From Octopus sinensis (taxonomy: Eukaryota): a stretch of DNA of 10,432 nucleotides. Positions 1 through 7,852 of the stretch are shown here, piece by piece (the stretch's first letter is position 1; the number at the start of each line of letters is the position of its first letter). The translations under genes and the position numbers were made by a program. The notes under the pieces were generated by a model that was not told the DNA's origin, did not search any database, and saw nothing but the letters and a program-made list of their open reading frames with translations. The DNA is taken from positions 1-10,432 of the forward strand of contig NW_021827431.1 of NCBI RefSeq assembly GCF_006345805.1. The letters run 5' to 3'.

Positions 1-44
<44 letters not shown>

Positions 45-46
45 AT
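1..46. repeat. (TA)n microsatellite, probably internal to the adjacent SINE
   Basis: Near-pure TA run directly abutting the SINE segment at 51-208. Confidence 0.95.
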
Positions 47-50
47 TTTA

Positions 51-208
51 GGCACGCTTCTTTCAGTTTCCGTCTACAAATCCCTTCACAAGGCTTTGGT
101 CGGCCCGAGGCTATAGTAGAAGACTCTTGCCCAAGGTGCCACACAGTAGGACTGAACCTGGTACAATGTAGTTGGGAAGCAAGCGTCTTACCACATAGCC
201 ATGTCTGA
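51..208 (-). mobile_element. tRNA-derived SINE, 5' head and core (octopus-type)
   Basis: The minus strand has an A-box-like TGGCTATGTGG (201-191) and a B-box-like GGTTCAGTCC (158-149) at Pol III spacing, followed by the SINE core-like ...GGCACCTTGGGCAAGAGTCTTCTACTATAGCCTCGGGCCGACCAAAGCCTTGTG. It resembles an abundant octopus SINE as recalled; no database search was run. Confidence 0.85.
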
Positions 209-595
209 GCCTATACATACTGAGAAAGAAAGCGAAAAGAATGGATCGATGGATGGCAGGTTATCAACAAACACATGAAATAAAGAACGAAATATGCCGG
301 ATTTTATCGCTTGAGTAACTATAAATCCGGTGTTGATGACTTCATCAGTCATTGTCGAATTCCTATGATACTTTGCAAACTACACCAAATTGCGTGAACT
401 ACACTCCAGTACTGCGACCTAAACCTGGGGCTGTATCGGCTTAAAAACCTTAATGGAATTCAGAAGACTATTGTTGTAGATTAAACTTAAAGGGCTACAA
501 AGGAAAATATTTAATAGATTTGAGGAAAACTTGTAAATAGAGATATATGCAAAAGGCCAAACATCCCTTTGCACAAATTTCAAAGCCTTCATTTC

Positions 596-790
596 TACCA
601 GAATCACCGCCAACTCTTTCACCACCAACACATGCCGCGCCACTTCCACTAATATTACCACCAGCATGACCAACATGACAATTACATACAGCCACCCTCA
701 CTCCACCACCACCATGACTCTTACTACCACTCATCACCCACACCTCAACACCTACCCAAGATGCACCTCCGCCCGAGCCACGATCAGCAC
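596..790. repeat. Degenerate (ACC)n-rich low-complexity tract
   Basis: Many ACC/CAC triplets, e.g. ctccaccaccaccatg. This accounts for the Thr/His- and Val/Gly-rich ORFs at 419-875. Confidence 0.6.
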
Positions 791-868
791 TGGTAACAGC
801 TTTCATTTCAGCTCTGTTCACGCACGCAAACGCCTACACACTGAGCAATACCTGCACATACATTTGCG

Positions 869-929
<61 letters not shown>

Positions 930-952
930 GATAGATAGATAGATAGATAGAT
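869..952. repeat. (GATA)n tetranucleotide microsatellite
   Basis: About 20 GATA units with one GAT interruption. Confidence 0.97.
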
Positions 953-1228
953 ACAAACGCCTGTATGAGTGTATGTATGTATATAGTCATGACAAGGCGG
1001 TGCAACTACGCTGTTCTAATCTTTAATACAATATCTGTCACTGTAAGTTTTGTAAAGGTCATCAAATGTTTGCTTAACATGGCCAAAGCAATATCTAAAA
1101 TACGCGCGCGCGAACACACACACATAGATACACACAGGCATATGCACACACACATACGTAGTAACATGTGTATGAGTGTTTCAGTATATCGGCGTATATA
1201 TATGCACGTGTATATTTAAAAAGGTATA

Positions 1229-1407
1229 TTGAATTTTAAATGAATGTTTCTATATATATACGCAGATGCATTATATAAATATTTATATATACGTATATAC
1301 ATTTTGTGTGTGTGTGATGTGCTTGTATTTACATATATGCGTATGTGATGTGTACGTATACATATGTGTATGTGATGTGCATGTCTATGATTACAACACG
1401 CATATAT

Positions 1408-1457
<50 letters not shown>

Positions 1458-1595
1458 GTATATATATATATGAATGATTTATGTGTGCGTTTGTGCATGC
1501 CAGCATTATGTGAATACACAAGCGTATGTAAGAATGTACGTTGAATTTTAATGTATAGTTTCTTTATACATAGATGCAATATATAAATATTTATA
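1229..1595 (+). repeat. Diverged direct repeat (about 55-60 bp, offset 312 bp) flanking a TG/TA-rich tract
   Basis: ttgaattttaa...agatgca(t/a)tatataaatatttata occurs at 1229-1287 and again at 1541-1595. Confidence 0.75.
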
Positions 1596-1750
1596 CGTGT
1601 GTATTTATGTACACACACATACACACATGGATGTGCATGCGTTTTACTTTATGTATGTAGTTGAGTTGTGTTTGTGTGGAAGTATGAGTGATGGACACTG
1701 AAAAATATGATGATACGGAGTTCAAATTCTCTCTCCGCTAATATACATTG

Positions 1751-1759
1751 ATATATACA

Positions 1760-1805
<46 letters not shown>

Positions 1806-1832
1806 ATATACACACATACATACATATATACC

Positions 1833-1889
<57 letters not shown>

Positions 1890-1920
1890 TTACATATAAG
1901 AGAGAATGTACGTACGTCGC

Positions 1921-2005
<85 letters not shown>
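1751..2005. repeat. Long compound (TA)n/(TACA)n microsatellite
   Basis: Several pure TA runs, including about 80 bp uninterrupted at 1924-2005. Confidence 0.97.
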
Positions 2006-2008
<3 letters not shown>

Positions 2009-2009
2009 A

Positions 2010-2244
2010 AAAAATACAAACTGCGACAAGAACGCAAAACATTTAGAAGACGATACAAAAACACGGACGAACATTCGAAGCCTTCAATCTTCAGTCAAGA
2101 ACCTGATCATCCTCGCAAGATTAATCAGCCGAAACTGCGAGGATGATCCGGTTCTTGACTGAAGATTGAAGTCTTCGAATGTTCGTCCGTGTTTTTTGTA
2201 TCGTCTTCTAAATGTTTTGCGTTCTTGTCCCAGTTTGTATTTTT
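2010..2244. repeat. Long near-perfect inverted repeat (palindrome 1); possibly a Penelope-like element end or foldback element
   Basis: Left arm 2010-2117 versus right arm 2136-2244 shows 3 mismatches and 1 indel by manual alignment, with an 18-nt spacer agattaatcagccgaaac. It is flanked by (TA)n on both sides. The palindrome is seen directly; the element class is inferred. Confidence 0.93.
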
Positions 2245-2365
2245 ATGCATATATATATATATATACATGTATAAATACAGAGATGTGTACATTGATGTGT
2301 ATACAGTTACATACACACACGCATATGAACATACACATATATATGAGTGTATGTATGTATATATG

Positions 2366-2585
2366 TAGGAGGGTGCGCAGAAAAGTTTCTGGTTCTGTGT
2401 AAAAGAAAATACAGGATGTCCAGGGAATTGTCATTTTATTCAACTTCTTCATCAGTGAGATTCATATACCTATTGCAGTGAATCTTCAGATTTTTAAGCC
2501 CTGTAAAAGATCTCGGAACGTAGGGTCTTCTACCCGGCCTGGCATGAGACCTTAAAAGCCAGGAAATTTTCAGCACACCCTTGCA
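2366..2585 (-). mobile_element. Tc1/mariner-derived MITE (internally deleted mariner), copy 1
   Basis: Imperfect TIRs of about 27 bp: ggagggtgcgcagaaaagtttctggtt (2368-2394) and agccaggaaattttcagcacacccttg (2557-2583). TA lies on the left and CA (possibly a mutated TA) on the right. The interior is the reverse-complement homologue of 5997-6152. Confidence 0.8.
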
Positions 2586-2604
2586 TGTATATGTATATAT
2601 ATAT

Positions 2605-2818
2605 TTGTCCTGGTTGTGACTACATCTCTGATAAGGGAGTTCCAGTGTATCCAGGAGTGTGGAACCACGCCTTAGCTATTTTTCTCATGTCCACTCTGTC
2701 TTGGAGTGGAGACACTTGTGAGGGTTCCAGCTATAAGTTAATTAGCACCTGAATTACTGGGAGCGAAGGATTCATATCATCGTTAGGACTACTTCTAGGA
2801 GAAGGCAAAATCCTACAA
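2605..2818 (+). mobile_element. Possible decayed LINE (RTE-like) 5' region
   Basis: Complex sequence ending in ctaggagaaggcaaaat, reminiscent of an RTE-clade 5'-UTR motif (from recall only). Confidence 0.25.
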
Positions 2819-3096
2819 AAAAATAAATAAATGAAACATTGATGTGTAGTTGTTTTCTAGTCACCTCAACCTCCGTTGTGACAACAGTTTTATCAAATGA
2901 ATGCGCTAAAAATGAGTTCATTGCAGTGCAACACTTTATGGAATCAAACCAATTTCGTGCAGAAGAACTACGTTTTCACAGACTTAAGGAGTTTAAAGAA
3001 ATGGTCTTAGTCGGACACGACGAGAACGGATCCAAGGGATAAGCCTCGCTTTCCCAAAAATTACTGGTTGCGTCAGCTAGTACATACATACATTGT

Positions 3097-3752
3097 ATGG
3101 CTGAAACAGTAGCCACTCATAATAAAAAGGAGTACTGGTGGAATGTCCCAGTGAAGATTTCAATAAAATGTAAGCACCTGATATAATAAGATTTCAATAA
3201 AATGTAAGCACCTGATATAATGTAACAGACCTGATATAATGTTTTGGGACTCACAAGAAAAACTGTATACTTAGAGCTTCCCAGCGGATATTAACATAAA
3301 GCTGAAGATCAGTGAAAAGGAAAACACCTACCCTGAACTATTAAGAAATCTGCAGTTATTCTATCCAGATTACAAGTTCAGAATTATACCTGTAATTATT
3401 GGGGCTCTGATTATGTAAAACAGTCGCTAAATGCTTAATCTTGAGAAATTAGGCTTCTCAAAACCAGAAAGAGAAAAACTAATTCGAAGACTACAGATCC
3501 AGTCCATCACTGGAACTGTAAAATCTGTAAAACTTTCCAGAAGTTTATAATTTAAATATATATGAGCATGCTAGATACGCAACAATATGCATGAGTGTAC
3601 ATACATAAAGTAAAACATACAAATCTGCATATATACATACATACCAAAAATACTCTGGTGTTGATGTCGAAATTCCACTGAAGGAGTCTAGAATCTGGGT
3701 TAGAAACCGGCTCTTTCTCTATTGGCAAGATATCTTGAAATAAACTGAACAA
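3097..3752 (+). mobile_element. 5'-truncated, decayed non-LTR retrotransposon of R4/Dong/NeSL type: C-terminal restriction-like endonuclease (RLE) plus 3' UTR
   Basis: Manual translation gives AETVATHNKKEYWWNVPVKISIKCKH (from 3100), then from 3221 CNRPDIMFWDSQEKLYT*SFPADINIKLKISEKENTYPELLRNLQLFYPDYKFRIIPVIIGAL, then with frameshifts ...LEKLGFSKPEREKLIRRLQIQSITGTV..KTFQKFII* (stop 3553-3555). The RPD...P.D.N...K...Y..L...P++IGALG layout is typical of RLE domains. AATAAA is at 3739-3744. Confidence 0.85.
3154..3221 (+). repeat. Perfect 34-bp tandem duplication inside the LINE remnant
   Basis: aagatttcaataaaatgtaagcacctgatataat occurs twice (3154-3187, 3188-3221). Confidence 0.95.
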
Positions 3753-3964
3753 TCACATACATACATACATACATATGTACACACATACGAGAAACGCATC
3801 AACTTCAAAAGAAGCAATACATACTCCGTTATACACATTTACGACACATTGTTTTAAGATCTTCTGTTACCATATAAGGAAGTCTATGATGTAAGTTTTC
3901 TAGTGGCAGATAAATTATCTAAGAGAGCATATGACACACACAAACATGAATGTATGTAGTTAAA

Positions 3965-4759
3965 AATCTATATACACTCATAGATTGATATGTACTCGGC
4001 TTGCATACATACATTCACAGTCGTATAAATACATATGTAATACACCTATATATACATATATATATACATACACACACACACACATATATATATATATATG
4101 TATATGTATGTACTTATATACGTATGTATGGACGTGTGGTATGTGTGTGTATGCATGTATGTATGTGTGAAATACATGTACGTACACGCATACAGAACAT
4201 TTGTGAAGACAAGTATAAGTAAATCTCAAGATCTTCCGTTTCTTTCTCTCTCCACTTCTCTTTCCTCTTCTCTGTACTCTCTGTCCTTGTATGCGTGTGT
4301 ATATGTACACACCACACACTCACACACGCACATATCACATTACACACTAATATATTCATATTATATATATGTATGTATATATGTATGTATGCATATACAT
4401 ACATATATATACACACACATATATATATACGTATACATATAAGTATACATGTACATATGTATATGTATGTATATATATATATACGTATGTATATATATAT
4501 ATGTATATATATATTTATATGTATATGTATGTAAATATATATGCACAACCATGAATATAGTACATATAATAAAACAAATATACCAATTTATATATATACA
4601 TACACACTCCCACACTCGTACATACACACACACACACATGTATGTATGTATGTATGTATGCATGTATGTATGCACGTATGCATGTATGTATGCATGTATG
4701 TATGTACGAGTGTGTGTACGTATCTACATGTAAGTACGCATGTATGTATGTGTGTGTGA

Positions 4760-4800
<41 letters not shown>
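3965..4800. repeat. Compound TA/CA/TATG/TG microsatellite field with a short CT-rich island (4240-4288)
   Basis: Alternating purine-pyrimidine repeats, (TATG)n at 4638-4750 and pure (TG)n at 4765-4797. Confidence 0.9.
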
Positions 4801-5039
4801 TAAGTATATAGTGCATTGCCAAACGACGATTTGAAAGTTTTGTCATATTGATTTTTAAATGGATTTCCTCAAGAATTTACCGAAAGCTTGTTGAATAGAG
4901 AATATTGTAAAGCGATCTGGAAGTGTCTCTTGCAAAACGACTACCGAAACCGCTATTCGAGACACGGCCCATTGCCCTGACAGACGTAACAGCAGTTAAC
5001 TTACATACTGTAAGTTTCCGCTTGCTCACACTTTGCCGA

Positions 5040-5073
5040 GTCGGATTAGTTGGATCAGTCGGATTAATCGGAT
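5040..5073 (+). repeat. 9-bp tandem minirepeat, about 4 copies
   Basis: gtcggatta gttggatca gtcggatta atcggat. Confidence 0.8.
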
Positions 5074-5184
5074 GTGCAAGTGGCTAGCATTCATTTTCCG
5101 TTGACCTTTTTAGTTTGTGTCGCATGTCATGTCCCTCTACGTTTGTTTGTGTATGTGTGTATGTATGTGTACACGTATATATAT

Positions 5185-5435
5185 CTTTTATGTACGAAAT
5201 TCTATTACATAAAATCCGTTCTGTCTGTTTGTGTGTGTCTTCTAGGATCTCGGGCATCCTCCATCCGATTTCGCTGAAATTTGACATGTAGATACCGACG
5301 GTATCAGGGCGTCTTGAAAAAATTACAAAATCTATTCCAGGAGAGAATGCGATCGATAAAGCCGTGGGAACGTGCATTTCTAAAATCGTTTTTCTTGGAA
5401 TAGAAAAAAGCCTATCTTTACTTCCTCTTTTGCTG
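5185..5435 (+). mobile_element. Probable non-autonomous Helitron/Helentron-like (DINE-1/Lep1-like) 5' fragment
   Basis: AT-rich start, then a short GTCT/GT microsatellite (ttctgtctgtttgtgtgtgtct), then ccgatttcgctgaaatttgacatgtagata. This arrangement is characteristic of DINE-1/Lep1-type elements. No 3' hairpin plus CTRR end was identified. Confidence 0.45.
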
Positions 5436-5484
5436 GTGTCTCAAATTTAGATTAAATCAGTGTTTCTCAAAGGGGAACCCTATG

Positions 5485-5790
5485 AGACGGTCGGACAAGC
5501 TGTTTTGAGAAAATTTGGTTTAAATGTTTGACAACTCAGCACCGACCATTGGACGGGGGGCGTTTGGCGTTTTGCTCGTGCTGGAGTTGAACTAGGGACA
5601 GCTGATGAAGGGGATTTTTCCTTGTGTAGTTTGTCTTGTACTCTGTTTTTTCGTTGTTAAAAAAAGGTCCGTTCCATGCTTGATTTTACGTTTTCGTTTC
5701 TCGTTGAGTTCTACGTCTATTTGTGGTGTCCTGTACTCACGTATAGATATTTATATATGCATGTATATATACATGTAGATGTAGGTACGT
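5485..5790 (+). mobile_element. Probable interspersed-repeat 3' end (Penelope-like?)
   Basis: Complex sequence containing CTGATGA (5602-5608), followed by a T-rich tail that runs into TA/TATG repeats. The architecture is similar to the right arm of palindrome 1. The class is inferred. Confidence 0.3.
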
Positions 5791-5865
5791 ACATATATGT
5801 ATGTATGTATGTATGTATGTATATATTTTATTTATTACACTATTGTATGACTGAGTGCCCTCGCG

Positions 5866-5901
5866 TCGATTCGATTCGATTCGTTTCGTTTCGTTTCGTT
5901 T
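5866..5901 (+). repeat. Pentanucleotide microsatellite (TCGAT)3(TCGTT)4
   Basis: Read directly from the sequence. Confidence 0.9.
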
Positions 5902-5996
5902 CTTCTCTAAGCAAGTTTATATATATATATATAAACACAAATACATACACACACGCTTGGATACATAGAGATGTATTTACCAATGAGTGAGCCCAA

Positions 5997-6152
5997 TTTT
6001 CAGAGTTCTTTTACAGGGCTTAGCAAAACTGAAGCATCGCTGCAGTAAGTGTGTGAATGTGAGACAGGAACGTGTTGAATAAAATCATAATTAACTGATC
6101 GTCCTGTTTTTCCTTTTACCCAAAGCCAGGAACTTTTCAGCATCACCTTCTA
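5997..6152 (+). mobile_element. Mariner-derived MITE, copy 2 (3' part with transposase C-terminus and one TIR)
   Basis: Translates, with one frameshift, to ...TGLSK/LKHRCSKCVNVRQERVE* (stop 6080-6082), matching the mariner C-terminal pattern G+.KL..RW.KC+...G.YVE. The TIR aagccaggaacttttcagcatcacct is at about 6123-6148, then TA. Confidence 0.8.
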
Positions 6153-6291
6153 TACACACACACACACACACACAATATTTTATATACATTTTTAGATATT
6201 TCAAATTAAATAATAAGAGTAAAAATTGATATCAATTAAAACCAGTGGCTTAGCATATTTTAAAAATCCGAAAATTCAAAATTGTGCTACA

Positions 6292-6485
6292 TACAAAATT
6301 AAGAGGAATGACCACTAAAGTGGATACCTAATATGCTAAACATAGACGTCAAATCGCCATTACCACGAAGAATGTGTTCTCAAGAAAAATCTCTTGGGAA
6401 CATATTCTTCGTGGTAATGGCGATTTTACGTCTATGTTTAGCATATTATGTGTCCACTTTAGTCGTCATTCCTCTTAATTTTGTA
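6292..6485. repeat. Long inverted repeat (palindrome 2)
   Basis: Arms 6292-6385 and 6392-6485 are 94 bp each with 6 mismatches and no indels by manual alignment. The 6-nt loop is aaaatc. Confidence 0.95.
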
Positions 6486-6670
6486 CATTTTTAAATATGT
6501 AGATATTTATAAATATCTTTTGTAAACAATTCTTGATACAAATACCGTATCTCAAAGAAGTTTTCTTTCCAAAACTTTTGTCTTATTCTGTTCTTTACAA
6601 GATTTTATATAATTAAAAACATTTAACTTAAGAGTATCTTTCAAGCATATTTGTTTTTTTTAAACTAGTT

Positions 6671-6779
6671 TCTCTCTCTCTCTCTCTCTCTCTCTCCCCC
6701 CTCTCTCTCTTTCTATCCATATAGATATATTTGTGTGTATGGATATATGTGTGTATCTGTGCCTGTGTGTTTGTGTGTG

Positions 6780-6813
<34 letters not shown>
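6671..6813. repeat. (CT)n (6671-6712) and (TG)n (about 6763-6813) microsatellites
   Basis: Read directly from the sequence. Confidence 0.95.
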
Positions 6814-6817
<4 letters not shown>

Positions 6818-6989
6818 AAGAAGACCTAGAACTGCTTTTTTCCACTCACCAAATTGAACGGATCTTTGGAAAGGAGGAACTGATGTCATCAGTTCATCGG
6901 CTGTTTCGACTCTGAACCGTAACACCCTCCACTCACAAATCCTGACTTGATCCGGTTCTATGGTAAAGACGCTTACTGCTCTACTACTA

Positions 6990-7195
6990 CTGGCAGAATC
7001 TTTAGCGTGCCAGACAAAATGCTTAGCTTCATTTCGTCCGTCTTTGCGTTCTGAATTAAAATTCTACTTCGGTCGACTTTGCCTTTCATCTAGTCGGAAT
7101 CGATGAAATACGTACCAGTTGAGTAGTGGTGTCGAAATAATCTATACTCCGTATCTTAAAATGTCAGGCTTTGTGCTGACAGTAGAAAGGATTAT
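6990..7195 (+). mobile_element. SINE with Deu/Nin-type core, copy A
   Basis: tggcagaatc head ... gtcgactttgcctttcatc ... cgatgaaatacgtaccag core, ending gaaaggattat. It is colinear with 7199-7430. Confidence 0.8.
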
Positions 7196-7198
7196 CTC

Positions 7199-7430
7199 TA
7201 AGGTGGTGTGTTGGCAAAATCGTAAGCAACCGTGACTAAATGCTCAGATGTATTGTGCCCCCTCTTCATGTTCTGAGTTCAAAGTCCGCCGAAGTCAACT
7301 TTGCCTTTCATCCTTTCGAGGCCGATAAAATAAGTACCAGATGAGCAACGGGGTCGATATAATCGACTAAGCTACTCCCGATCAAATCTCAGGGCGTGTG
7401 CCTATAACTGAAAGAATTATTAATATCATT
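7199..7430 (+). mobile_element. SINE with Deu/Nin-type core, copy B (head-to-tail with copy A)
   Basis: B-box-like gagttcaaagtcc, core ctttgcctttcatcctttcgaggccgataaaataagtaccag (7300-7340) and an (ATT)-rich tail. The core assignment is from recall of Deu/Nin-domain SINEs. Confidence 0.8.
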
Positions 7431-7454
7431 ATTTCTCTATTACACCCTATTCCT

Positions 7455-7557
7455 CTAACAGACCGTTTTTATTTCTTTTTTCAGACTATCAACCCTTGAC
7501 AAAAAGCCTAAGAATTCAAGCTTAGCCATGAGAGGTAGAGGATTACAACGACTCTGA
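7455..7557 (+). other. Candidate 3' splice site and short exon
   Basis: Branch-point-like CTAAC at 7455-7459, polypyrimidine tract tttttatttctttttt, and CAG ending at 7484. One downstream frame reads LSTLDKKPKNSSLAMRGRGLQRL* (stop 7555-7557). A weak donor AG|GTAGAG is at 7535. Confidence 0.35.
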
Positions 7558-7573
7558 CGACGACAACGGTGAC

Positions 7574-7605
<32 letters not shown>

Positions 7606-7606
7606 C
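7556..7606. repeat. (GAC)/(GAT)n trinucleotide microsatellite
   Basis: About 10 pure GAT units flanked by GAC variants. Confidence 0.92.
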
Positions 7607-7852
7607 AGTGAAAGCAATGAAGATGTCGGCGATATTTGAGGTGGTAGGTAATCCTGATGGTGTGCCGATGGTGGGGGTGTAAAAGAGGAGAGTATAGGTT
7701 AGGGGGCGGAAGGTGTAAATTCAAGTATGCCTCTCCCGTTTAACAAGACGGTAAATTTAATTCCACAGAACCCTGCAGACTCGCTTCTTTTATCGTGCCT
7801 GGTCACGTGATATCGCTGTAAAAATGGTGACAGGCTGACTTGTCGGACATTT

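Noticed and set aside
149-205. tRNA gene
   Set aside because: A and B boxes are present but no complete cloverleaf is evident, and the sequence continues into a SINE body.
419-875. Overlapping ORFs and a short Pro-rich frame (MQKAKHPFAQISKPSFLPESPPTLSPP...)
   Set aside because: They lie in a degenerate ACC tract with no recognisable domain or convincing splice signals.
808-2452. Numerous YI/IY/CV/HT-rich ORFs (also 3978-4759 and 8928-9862)
   Set aside because: Dinucleotide and tetranucleotide microsatellite translations.
3154-3240. 34-bp direct repeats as a CRISPR-like array
   Set aside because: Only two adjacent copies with no spacers, inside a eukaryotic LINE remnant.
5458-5485. cagtgtttctcaa resembling a hAT/Charlie terminal inverted repeat
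   Set aside because: Only about 13 bp, with no partner TIR or 8-bp target-site duplication found in the window.
6870-6925. Minus-strand CGAAAC...CTGATGA as a type II hammerhead ribozyme
   Set aside because: Stem II closing pair, stem III and the UH cleavage triplet cannot be formed.
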